Origin: Candidatus Tayloriibacteriota bacterium
GTDB taxonomy: Bacteria; Patescibacteriota; Minisyncoccia; Phycocordibacterales; PALSA-1337
Length of the DNA: 53,396 nt
Direction: 5' to 3'
Assembly (NCBI GenBank): GCA_903893855.1
Contig: CAITNV010000023.1
Location: 1 to 53,396 of the forward strand
A program made the translations under genes and the position numbers. Below, one piece after another: positions 39,617 to 49,028 of this stretch. The stretch's first letter is position 1. Each line of letters begins with the position of its first letter. The notes under the pieces are model-generated. The model searched no databases, had not been told where the DNA came from, and was given only the letters and a program-made list of their open reading frames with translations.

Positions 39617-39724
39617 GCAAAACCCTTTGTTTAATCGTTAGTTTTGGGACAAATTCAAAAAAACCATAGCACATTAGCTACTCATTTGTCAAATTTTTAT
39701 AAATTTAAAAAGATTGGCGCGATA

Positions 39725-41824
39725 CTATTTCATCGAACTCTTTCGCGTTTTCGCAGCCTTCCCCTTCTTCTCTTCTTTCGCTGCACGTTCGGTCTTCTTA
39801 CGAAGCGCTTCAAGTTCATCGCGAAGTATCGCTGCAGTCTCGAAATCGAGCACCTTAACAGCTTCGCTCATCTGTCGTTCTTTCTCAGCTATGACCTTCT
39901 TGGGATTTTCTTTGAAAGCAATTTCGTCGATTTTAATAAGTTCGACCACCGCTTTATCATGATCGCTTCGAAGCTGATCGGTAATATCGTGAATCTTTTT
40001 GAGAATTGTCTGTGGAGTGATGCCGTGCTTAGTATTGTACGCGGTCTGAATTGTTCGACGACGCTCGGTCTCGGCAATAGCGCGATTGAGCGATCCTGTC
40101 ATATGATCCGCATAGAGAATCACTCGTCCAGCTGCATTACGCGCAGCACGACCAATAGTCTGAATGAGCGAAGTATCAGAACGCAAAAAGCCTTCTTTAT
40201 CTGCATCAAGAATACCGATAAGCGACACTTCCGGTAGGTCGAGTCCCTCTCGGAGCAAGTTCACACCAATGAGACAATCAAATTTACCGCGACGAAATTC
40301 CGTAAGAATAGTAATTCGATCAATCGTTTTAATATCACTATGTAAATATTCGGCTTTAATTCCCTTCTCTTTAAGGTATACCGAAAGGTCCTCCGCCATT
40401 TTCTTGGTGAGGGTTGTCGCTATCGCGCGTTCATTACGAGCGATGACTTTGGTCGCTTCTTCAATGAAGTCGAAAATTTGTCCTTTATATGTAGTAGATC
40501 CAGTCACTGGCTTAATATCAATCACCGGATCGACAAGACCCGTCGGACGAATGACTTGTTCAACGGTGCGTCCCGCAGGTGGCACGCTAAGTTCTCGCTC
40601 ATAACTACCCGGAGTCGCGGACGTATATATAGTCTGGCCAACAGCCTTGTCGAATTCAGCAAAAGTAAGCGGACGATTATCCCGCGCCGAAGGAAGACGG
40701 AAGCCATAGTCAATGAGCGTACTCTTACGTGAAGCATCGCCAGCATACATTCCTCCAAGCTGTGGCACCGTCACATGCGATTCATCGATGATGGTGAGAA
40801 AGTCGGGAACCATTTCTCCGGTCTTTGGATCCTTCACATGAGGGAAATATGCAAGCAACGTGTCCGGAGCTTCACCAGGCATTTTACCTGAGAAGTGCCG
40901 AGAATAATTCTCAATACCATTGCAATACCCCACTTCGCGAATGAGAGCGAGATCGTATTTCACCCTTCGCTTCAAGCGTTCGGTCTCGATGACTTTGCCG
41001 GCCTTTTCGAGTTCTTTCAATCGCGATTCAAGCTCAGCGCCGATAGTCTTAAATGCTCGCTTTGATTGTTCATCATTACTAATGAAATGCTTCGCAGGGA
41101 AAATAAATACTGTCGCGACACTTCGCACCACAGCGCGGGTAATAGAGTCAATCTCGGTTATACTCGATATCGTTGACATGTCATATTCGATACGATAAAT
41201 AATGCGTTCATTCACCGGCATAATCTCAATAACATTCCCCACTCCACGAAAACTTCCGGGAGTTATGTCTGCGTTAGTACGAGTAAAATGAATATCAATG
41301 AGCCAACGAATGAGTTCATTACGCGAGATTTCCATGCCACGCGCAAGCTTCATATTTACCTTTTGGTATTCTTCTGGTGAACCGAGGCCATATATGCACG
41401 ATACCGAAGCGACAATGATCACATCACGACGTGTGAGGAGTGCTTGTGTCGAAGCGTGGCGAAGGCGGTCGATCTCTTCATTGATCATTGCTTCTTTCTC
41501 GATATAGGTGTCGGTAACCGGCATATACGCTTCTGGCTGATAATAGTCGTAGTATGAGACGAAATAATGCACGGCATTATTAGGAAAAAATTCCCGATAC
41601 TCCTGAGCGAGCTGGGCTGCAAGCGTCTTATTGTGAGCGATGACAAGCGTCGGCTTATTGTGGGCCGCGATAACATTCGCCGCGGTAAATGTCTTACCCG
41701 ACCCAGTAACACCAAAAAGCGTCTGATGACGCAAACCTTTTTTGAGCCCATCAACGAGGCCCTCTATAGCCTTCGGTTGATCTCCTGCTGGTTCAAATTG
41801 TGATACTAAATTAAAAAGTGACAT
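39725..41824 (-). CDS. uvrB: excinuclease ABC subunit B
   Basis: GVTGSGKT, YFVSYYDYYQPEAY, IDESH, NLLREGLD, QTIGRAARN. Confidence 0.98.
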   Translation of the reverse strand: MSLFNLVSQFEPAGDQPKAIEGLVDGLKKGLRHQTLFGVTGSGKTFTAANVIAAHNKPTLVIAHNKTLAAQLAQEYREFFPNNAVHYFVSYYDYYQPEAYMPVTDTYIEKEAMINEEIDRLRHASTQALLTRRDVIIVASVSCIYGLGSPEEYQKVNMKLARGMEISRNELIRWLIDIHFTRTNADITPGSFRGVGNVIEIMPVNERIIYRIEYDMSTISSITEIDSITRAVVRSVATVFIFPAKHFISNDEQSKRAFKTIGAELESRLKELEKAGKVIETERLKRRVKYDLALIREVGYCNGIENYSRHFSGKMPGEAPDTLLAYFPHVKDPKTGEMVPDFLTIIDESHVTVPQLGGMYAGDASRKSTLIDYGFRLPSARDNRPLTFAEFDKAVGQTIYTSATPGSYERELSVPPAGRTVEQVIRPTGLVDPVIDIKPVTGSTTYKGQIFDFIEEATKVIARNERAIATTLTKKMAEDLSVYLKEKGIKAEYLHSDIKTIDRITILTEFRRGKFDCLIGVNLLREGLDLPEVSLIGILDADKEGFLRSDTSLIQTIGRAARNAAGRVILYADHMTGSLNRAIAETERRRTIQTAYNTKHGITPQTILKKIHDITDQLRSDHDKAVVELIKIDEIAFKENPKKVIAEKERQMSEAVKVLDFETAAILRDELEALRKKTERAAKEEKKGKAAKTRKSSMK

Positions 41825-41982
41825 ATGATTACAGTCAATATTACTATACTATATATCGTGAAAACTGATGCTATTGACTTATTTATTATACATGTTATAC
41901 ATAACGTAGCAATTTGACAGCTCCATGGAGAATTAACTCATGGGGTGATTGAACGAAATGATCTTAAATAATATCTAGAAAT

Positions 41983-42417
41983 ATGAATGAAATGACATAC
42001 AGTATCAGCATAAGCCCAGATGCCGTAAGTAAACTTGGTATTCAAACACTCAGGTCAATTAGTTGCACCCGCAAGGGTTTCATTGTGGTGGTCGAAAGCA
42101 TCATTGCAGCCGGTAGCGAAGCTACTACCACTGCCAATGGAAACCTTAAAGCAGTCTTCCACAAGCCAGCAAAAGACTGTAGTATCTTGGTGGATCGATT
42201 GCTGCGAATACTTCGAGGTCCGAAAATTTTTATGATCGAACAGATCATCGAACCTTCGGTACGGAGTGACATCGGCAGCACAGCGAGACTGATAATCAAT
42301 TTGTATCGGGGCGAAGTTCGGCCGGATGATGTGATCATCGTCTATTTCTACAACGACAAACCGATCTGTATCGAACATTCATGGGCCACCGGCGAATGGA
42401 CCTACTCGTTACGTTGA
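41983..42417 (+). CDS. ORFan paralog family member 2
   Basis: Own TTGACT promoter (41874), GCAATTTGACAG, hairpin, terminator at 42425-42455; motifs shared with members 1 and 3. Confidence 0.78.
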   Translation: MNEMTYSISISPDAVSKLGIQTLRSISCTRKGFIVVVESIIAAGSEATTTANGNLKAVFHKPAKDCSILVDRLLRILRGPKIFMIEQIIEPSVRSDIGSTARLIINLYRGEVRPDDVIIVYFYNDKPICIEHSWATGEWTYSLR

Positions 42418-42566
42418 GCTTCAAGCATTCTGATCGAAGGGTCGGAATGCTTTTTCTTTTAGTCTTATAAAAATTTTTTAATAAAGTTGACACTATTAAA
42501 GTTGTATGCTAACGTATTTTTAGGTAGATTTTTAAATAACAAAACCAAGAAAGGCTATAGAAAAAA

Positions 42567-43175
42567 ATGGCTGCTGCAATACATAAAGTTGGAGAACCAC
42601 GCTTCTGGGAAGTGTGGCGACGGTCTGGAGCAATTGGCAGGGTCGTTCCACCGAAAACCATCGATAGTGGACCGCCACTGGGATCAGAGAAAATCGAAGA
42701 ATTGCTCGAGCAGGCTGCTAGATTTGGATTACCCATTTATTTGGGATTCCCGAGAAGCGAGCAGTTCGAGATCTTGGGTGTCATGAATGACCGAACACAG
42801 AGGGTTTTTACTGTGCTATTCTCTATTATGGCTACGCGTAACAATCTCGACAGAACGATTGCAGCACGGGCTTTCGACTCAGCATTCGGAATCACCGAAC
42901 TGCGGGCGTACGGCATGGGCTTACAAGACATGATGTTCTCGAAGATGCAAACCACCGAACTTCTTGCCGAGAGCATTCGATTGGAGGGCATGTATGCTGA
43001 AGTTCAAGACCTCTTGGAGAAAACGATCATGTATCAGTTCCCTCAAGTCGAACTCGGCTCTGCCGTGTGCATTCTAGACGACTTTGTCGTCGCAGTGATT
43101 CCACGGGGCGTTACGTTCGATGACCTCGAAAAGCGATTCCCCGGCTTTAACGAGCAGTTGCTGACGCGAATCTAA
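42567..43175 (+). CDS. hypothetical protein (202 aa, ORFan cassette)
   Basis: TTGACA-17-TGcTAACGT promoter; terminator cccac..tgcc/ggca..gtggg plus T tract. Confidence 0.72.
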   Translation: MAAAIHKVGEPRFWEVWRRSGAIGRVVPPKTIDSGPPLGSEKIEELLEQAARFGLPIYLGFPRSEQFEILGVMNDRTQRVFTVLFSIMATRNNLDRTIAARAFDSAFGITELRAYGMGLQDMMFSKMQTTELLAESIRLEGMYAEVQDLLEKTIMYQFPQVELGSAVCILDDFVVAVIPRGVTFDDLEKRFPGFNEQLLTRI

Positions 43176-43264
43176 TTCTTCACCCACGTGCCGTAAATGG
43201 CAGGTGGGCTTTTATTTAATTGACTTCTATATATTGTGTATTAGTATGTTAAACAAAGCACTTT

Positions 43265-44352
43265 CCCGCCCGACGGCCTCAATTAGAATGAATCATTTTC
43301 TTTTGTTTCTCCGAATTTCTCGGAGATTTTTTTGTTTACGACAAAGGGTTAAGGCTTCAGAAGGGGTTTGAAAGTCGAGGCATTCCATGAATCGATCGTT
43401 AAGCTTCTTTTCCATCTTCTTCCAGAATGTAGGAGGATATTTTGAAATATCACTTCCTTTGGGAACGTCATCACGTATCTCTCCATTTACATTTTCAATT
43501 GATCCTTTCTCCCATGAATGGTAGGGGTGGCAAAAATATATCCTGATACTGAGTTCTTTCTCGAGCTCTTTGTGCCGTACGAAGAGGATATCGTTGTCAG
43601 TGGTTCCTGTCTTCCACTCAGAATACCTTTCTTTGATCTTCCACATCGCTTTGTGGATGGCAGGTACGGTCACGTCATATATCGGTTCGAAAAATGATAC
43701 ACGTAACTTACGATCAGTAGCTGTGAGTACGATCCCTTTTCCTCCTTTCCCTGATACGATGAAATCGAACTCTGCATGCCCGACTCTCATCCTTTCGTTG
43801 ATATACTTAGGTCGTTTGTCGATGAAGGTTCTACCATCAAGGGTACCTTTGTTACCCCTCTTCTTTCCTCGCTTCTTTTCCTTTTTCAATTTCGCCTCGA
43901 TTTTCCTCCCATACGGAGACTTTATGTACCGATATATGCTCTCTTTTGAGATGTAGGGGATATTCTTTTCTCTTTTGTATCTGAGCCTCCCTGAAATACC
44001 TTCAGGTGACTGTCCTGCAAGGAGTGATATCTCAACAAATTCCTTAAGTCTTTTGTCCTCAACAATCTTCATTCCTTGGTATTTTGCTTCTTGACGACTC
44101 ACGTATGCCTTGTGCTTTGCCTTCAGGGGATCATAGATACCATTTACTTTGTTTCTCTCTACTTCATTCCATATTGCTGATGATGCTCGTTGGAGAGCGT
44201 CTCCCACATCTTCATATGAGTATCCTTTCTTTCTCAAGAGATATATTTCATTACGTTCACTGTCAGAAAACCGCGAGAAGTTTCTGGTTCTTAAGTTTTT
44301 TTCATAGGTACAGAATACAGGAGATTCATTCTAATTCAAAAGAGAATTCGGG
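43265..44352 (-). mobile_element. IS30-family insertion sequence (element A)
   Basis: 30-bp imperfect terminal IRs CCCG-N12-AATTAGAATGAATC; TT(T) on both flanks; DDE transposase inside. Confidence 0.88.
43293..44305 (-). CDS. IS30 transposase, frameshifted in an A7 run just after the start
   Basis: SPEGISGRL, EFDFIV, TTDND, YFCHPYHSWEKG; ATG 44305 is out of frame by 1 nt. Confidence 0.85.
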
Positions 44353-44426
44353 TTTTAATATATTTTTCAGACAAATCCCTCAGTACAACAATAAAATAGG
44401 TCACTACGGCAACAACGAAAGGTAAC

Positions 44427-44867
44427 ATGAGCGTCCCAAACATTGAGTATCGTGTAATTAATTGTCCCGAGGTCGCCGCTAAGCTCGGCCACCTCACGTA
44501 CACAGCTATTGATTCGGTCCGCATTAAGCTAATCGTCGCACTACAAGGCATCGTGAAAGCTGACGGCGAAGCAACTGATGAAGCCATCGGCAAAAACCTT
44601 CAGGAAGCATTTGATTTGCACAGTCAAAATGTCACGCCGCTACTAGAAAAGTTCCAGCGTTTGGTACTTGAGCCAGCGCCTCGCCGAATAGACCAAAGTA
44701 TTATTGCCGAAACGGACAGCACGTTGAATAGCAATGCCAAGTTAATACTGACGTTTTTTTACGATGAATCCCCGAGATGTGAGCTCAGAATTTATTTCTG
44801 CGGCGAGCAGCCACTCTTCATTGAGTGCGAATCTCGTGTGAGTACATGGGGCTTTAGATTACGTTAA
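44427..44867 (+). CDS. ORFan paralog family member 3
   Basis: GAAAGG SD; ends WGFRLR, compare WTYSLR in member 2; terminator nearly identical to that of member 2. Confidence 0.78.
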   Translation: MSVPNIEYRVINCPEVAAKLGHLTYTAIDSVRIKLIVALQGIVKADGEATDEAIGKNLQEAFDLHSQNVTPLLEKFQRLVLEPAPRRIDQSIIAETDSTLNSNAKLILTFFYDESPRCELRIYFCGEQPLFIECESRVSTWGFRLR

Positions 44868-44977
44868 TTTATCGCATTCTGATTGAAAGATCAGGATGTT
44901 TTTTATTTATTAAAATTTTGACTAGCCATATAAAAACCCCGCTTTCGCGAGGTCTGGGAACAATGTACGTACTACTG

Positions 44978-45478
44978 CTAAGCCACAGTTGTCTTTCTGG
45001 CGAGGGAAACACTCCACCATTGACCATTGGTAAATACGCAACGAATGCGACGGCCATGGCTAGTCCGACCATTGGTCTGGCAGTATACCCAACCAGACAT
45101 GCACTCCGCTGGCATGGTAATAATCTGGAAGCCAGTCTTCGAAGAGAAGTGCAAGAGTTCTCCGGATCGCACCCGAGCAATGACCGAAGCAACGTACACT
45201 TCACGCTCATTTTTTGTCATGAGCTCAGGTTCCGCAACATCTGATCTTTGCAGTCTAAAGAATTCCCGACGGCCAAAACCATCCCCAAGGTCTCGCCACA
45301 CCACACTTGCATCTTTTGGAGCAAGAGTGTCGCCCCGCTTCTTTTTATAAAGCCGATCCTGTTGTGGGGGCTTGTCACGAACAGTTATCGTCGCAATGAA
45401 CTCTTTCCTTGGTGGCTTTGCACTAGCAGGCACCGTCTTTCTGAACGGACTTCTGAGTAATCTTGTCTCAACTGGCAT
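44978..45478 (-). CDS. hypothetical basic protein
   Basis: GAAAGGA SD before ATG 45478; terminator at ~44935-44953. Confidence 0.65.
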   Translation of the reverse strand: MPVETRLLRSPFRKTVPASAKPPRKEFIATITVRDKPPQQDRLYKKKRGDTLAPKDASVVWRDLGDGFGRREFFRLQRSDVAEPELMTKNEREVYVASVIARVRSGELLHFSSKTGFQIITMPAECMSGWVYCQTNGRTSHGRRIRCVFTNGQWWSVSLARKTTVA

Positions 45479-45613
45479 AATTCCTTTCAACGTTGATGTT
45501 TACTGCATTACCGACATTTTAAACAATGAACATATGAGCATATAAGGTACCGCGCCGTATATGCAAAGAGCCCTGTTTCCGGGGCTCGTTTCTGGGATTC
45601 ATTCTTTCTTTCG

Positions 45614-45706
45614 TTATGAGAGTTTCGAATGCATCACAAAGGCTAGCCCCGGAGTGGTACCAGTAATCAGTAGGGTCACCTTAATAAATGTGGCATTTGA
45701 AATCAT
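45614..45706 (-). CDS. possible 30-aa leaderless peptide (or sRNA)
   Basis: TTTACA...TACAAT, 7 nt, ATG; MISNATFIKVTLLITGTTPGLAFVMHSKLS; terminator gagccc/gggctc at 45568-45587. Confidence 0.35.
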   Translation of the reverse strand: MISNATFIKVTLLITGTTPGLAFVMHSKLS

Positions 45707-45764
45707 GTGTACGATTGTAGCGGATATTGAGGTTTTTGTAAATATGGGGTGTTGAAAAGAAGTT

Positions 45765-46763
45765 TTACCGCTTCCTAAGCAATACTTTCTCCACCGCCGC
45801 TTTAATGTGACTTACTCCCATACCATAGTGCTCGATGAGCTCTGCCGGAGTGCCTGATTGGCCGAATTGATCACGGACACCGATGAATTCCACAGGAACT
45901 GGAGCGTGTTGAGCAAGGCATTCAGCTACTGCACTTCCCATCCCGCCTGCGATCTGATGCTCTTCGACGGTCACTATTGCACCAGTTTCTTGAGCGAGAG
46001 TCCAGATGGCTTGTTCATCGAGAGGTTTAATCGTCGCGAGATTCACTACTTTCACCGCAACACCCTCGTTCTCAAGCTCTTGTGCAGCCGAAAGAGCCTT
46101 ATGAAGAAGCGCGCCCGTGGCTACGATTCCTACTACTGCTTTCCCTTCTTTCGGAGCGAAATATACTTCAGCTTTCCCTATCGTAAATGGCGTCTGATCA
46201 CTCGTAATGATCGGCGTTTTGTCTCGGGCAAGGCGGATGTATACTGGCGTGGTGGTCTTCGCCGCAGCGACGATGGCTTTCCTAGCTTCGATAGCGTCAC
46301 ATGGAGAAAGCACTACCATCCGTGGCATCACTCGGGTAATAGCAATGTCTTCAATTGCCTGATGCGTTCCTCCATCGGGACCGACTGATACACCCGCATG
46401 TGAACCAGCAATCTTCACTGGCCGATAATTGTATGCAATAGTCGTGCGAATCTGCTCCCAATTGCGTCCGGGGCTAAACATCGCATATGAAGTGATAAAT
46501 GGCACTTTACCCATAGCAGCCATACCACTCGCAACCGCCGCAAGATTCTGTTCTGCAATGCCGATCTCGAGGAAGCGCGTTGGGAATTTCTCTTTAAAAA
46601 GGTACATTTGTGTCGATTCAGTAAGGTCAGCACAAAGGCCCACAACATTCATATCTGCTTCTGCAGCCACTACCAAACCTTCGCCAAAACCCTTGCGAAT
46701 CGGAACTTGCTCGACATCTTTGTCGAACATTTTTTCATTGAGTTTTTGTAAGGGGTTCAGCAT
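45765..46763 (-). CDS. transketolase, C-terminal subunit
   Basis: GIAEQN, GPDGGTHQ, PVYIRLAR, VEEHQIAGGMG. Confidence 0.95.
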   Translation of the reverse strand: MLNPLQKLNEKMFDKDVEQVPIRKGFGEGLVVAAEADMNVVGLCADLTESTQMYLFKEKFPTRFLEIGIAEQNLAAVASGMAAMGKVPFITSYAMFSPGRNWEQIRTTIAYNYRPVKIAGSHAGVSVGPDGGTHQAIEDIAITRVMPRMVVLSPCDAIEARKAIVAAAKTTTPVYIRLARDKTPIITSDQTPFTIGKAEVYFAPKEGKAVVGIVATGALLHKALSAAQELENEGVAVKVVNLATIKPLDEQAIWTLAQETGAIVTVEEHQIAGGMGSAVAECLAQHAPVPVEFIGVRDQFGQSGTPAELIEHYGMGVSHIKAAVEKVLLRKR

Positions 46764-46824
46764 TTTAAAATTTTAATAAAGTTTTTGTGATATTTTTATT
46801 GACAAAACATACGCAACAGCTTTG

Positions 46825-47667
46825 CTACATATGAAGCGCTTCGCGGGCAGTAGCAATCTCCTCCGGTGTTGTCGGAGGCTTACCATGCCATTCGAACTTT
46901 CGCTCGAAAGCAGGAATTCCTTTCGATGCTATCGTGCGCGCAAGAATAACCGAAGGCTTGTCGAATATTGCTCGAGCTTCACCGAACGCTCGGTCAATAT
47001 CAAGGAAATTATGCCCATCGCACTCCTGCACATGCCAACCGAAAGCACGCCATTTGTCCCCCAAAGGTTCAAGCGGCATGATATCCTCAGTAAATCCATC
47101 AATCTGTATACAGTTACGATCTACAACTACCGTGAGATTATGCAAACGCTCCTTACCCGCAAGCATAATTGCTTCCCAATTATTTCCTTCATCAAGCTCG
47201 CCATCGCCCAAGAGGCAGAAGATTTGCTTCGACGACACCGCTCCGTGATCCATTCTGTCAGCAATAGCCATACCAACTGCCTGAGAAAGTCCGCAACCAA
47301 GCGGGCCAGATGAAGTCTCAAGTGCCGGTAACCATTCGCGATGCGGGTGCCCTTGGAGTATCGAGCCGAATTTGCGTAGTGTTGCGAGCTTGTCCATAGG
47401 AAAATAGCCCGCATGTGCCATGGTCGCATAGAGTACCGGAGCAATGTGGCCATTTGAGAGGACAAGCCTGTCGCGTTCTAGCCAATCGGGTCGCTTAGAG
47501 TCGTACTTCATCGCACCTGAGAAATAGAGATAGGTAAAAATATCCGCCATATCAAGAGGACCGGCAGTGTGGCCGGATTTTGCCTCGATAAGCATCTCGA
47601 TAATCGACACTCGAATATCGTGCGCTTTGGTTTCAAGCTCGCGGACTTTTGCGTCAGTGAGAGACAT
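46825..47667 (-). CDS. transketolase, N-terminal subunit
   Basis: SGHTAG, RDRLVLSNGH, LQGHP, GDGELDEG ThDP motif. Confidence 0.95.
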   Translation of the reverse strand: MSLTDAKVRELETKAHDIRVSIIEMLIEAKSGHTAGPLDMADIFTYLYFSGAMKYDSKRPDWLERDRLVLSNGHIAPVLYATMAHAGYFPMDKLATLRKFGSILQGHPHREWLPALETSSGPLGCGLSQAVGMAIADRMDHGAVSSKQIFCLLGDGELDEGNNWEAIMLAGKERLHNLTVVVDRNCIQIDGFTEDIMPLEPLGDKWRAFGWHVQECDGHNFLDIDRAFGEARAIFDKPSVILARTIASKGIPAFERKFEWHGKPPTTPEEIATAREALHM

Positions 47668-47704
47668 GCGTATATTATATCATACGCAAGAGTTTGTTTC
47701 GCAA

Positions 47705-48388
47705 TTAAATATTCTCGAACTTCTGGAAAGCGTCTACGACATTACCGTTATCGAAGATGGCCGAACCGACAATAAGCCGATCTGCTCCAGCGTCGCGGAG
47801 AATTCCAGCATCTTCTATAGATACGCTGCCGTCAACCGATATCGTCTTCTCTGGAAAGCGTTCTTTGAGTTCGCGGACCTTCTCAATAACCTGTGGGTTG
47901 AAGTCTTGCCCTTGGAAGCCGATCTTGTCGATACCCATGCACTGCACCACATCGATATCATGAATGTAAGGAGCGATATCATCGACTGGAGTGTCGATAT
48001 TAATTGCGAGACCAATCTCCACCCGACCAAGAAGCGTAGCGATAATTGCCTCCATTCGGTCGGCGATTTTACCCGAGCCCTTCAATGCCTCATAGTGAAT
48101 GATGAGTCGCTTTGCTCCAGCAAGCACCCAGTTCTCAAGCTCGGTCTCAGGGTCAGCTATCATAAGATCCATCTCATAGTCGACATCTTCCCAATACGGT
48201 AGTCCTCGCTCTTCGCGAAGGATCGCTTCGAAGTTATCATCCTGCTTCTTATATGGCCAGCAGGGCTTGGGAGTGAATTTCCCATCACAGATGTCTACTT
48301 GAACAAGATTGACCATACCCTTAACCATCTCGACCTTCTCTTCGAGTTCAGCAAAATCTTTTGGCAGTATAGCGGGGATTATTTCCAT
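47705..48388 (-). CDS. rpe: ribulose-phosphate 3-epimerase
   Basis: QVDICDGKF, DLMI, IGFQGQ, SVDGSV, VGSAIF. Confidence 0.9.
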   Translation of the reverse strand: MEIIPAILPKDFAELEEKVEMVKGMVNLVQVDICDGKFTPKPCWPYKKQDDNFEAILREERGLPYWEDVDYEMDLMIADPETELENWVLAGAKRLIIHYEALKGSGKIADRMEAIIATLLGRVEIGLAINIDTPVDDIAPYIHDIDVVQCMGIDKIGFQGQDFNPQVIEKVRELKERFPEKTISVDGSVSIEDAGILRDAGADRLIVGSAIFDNGNVVDAFQKFENI

Positions 48389-48433
48389 GTATTTAAATTA
48401 ATTATATAAATTGTACACAATACTTCGTACATA

Positions 48434-48964
48434 CTACTCAATCGTATCGATCTCGCGAATCCGACGCGCGTGACGCTCATCACCTGAGAAAGGTGTCTCG
48501 AGAAATATCTCGACTGCCGCTTTCGCTTCATCATCAGTAACGAACCGCGCACCAAGTGAAAGAATATTCGCATCATTATGCTCACGAGCAAGACGAACAA
48601 TGTCGAGGCTGCTTCTATTCTCACTCTTACCCGCGCCGACCTCATCATTCTTCTCAATATAGCCACCACCATAATAGACTGCAGCACGCACGCTTGGGAA
48701 ACGATTACATAGCATAGCTTCGCCATTGCCAGAACCGCCGAGCACGATAGCGGTGTATTTCTCTGGCTCAGTAGCGACACGCATAGCAACAGGCGTGAGG
48801 ATAACAGGATAATCATCTTCGGGATCGAGAGTCTTCGCCCCCATATCCTCCACGTCATAGCCGAGGCTCTTTATGTGTGCGGTAAGGATGGCTTTAAGCT
48901 CAAAGCCTGCATGATCAGAAGCAATGATCACCTTGTGTTTAGTTCCGGTAGTTTTTTTATTCAT
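48434..48964 (-). CDS. rpiB: ribose-5-phosphate isomerase B
   Basis: ASDHAGFELK, DDYP, GGSGNGE, AREHNDAN, RHARR. Confidence 0.95.
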   Translation of the reverse strand: MNKKTTGTKHKVIIASDHAGFELKAILTAHIKSLGYDVEDMGAKTLDPEDDYPVILTPVAMRVATEPEKYTAIVLGGSGNGEAMLCNRFPSVRAAVYYGGGYIEKNDEVGAGKSENRSSLDIVRLAREHNDANILSLGARFVTDDEAKAAVEIFLETPFSGDERHARRIREIDTIE

Positions 48965-49028
48965 AAAATTAAAACGATAGTGAATACCTGTAGTATAGCA
49001 CTATCGTGGGCTATTGTATAAAAATTTT

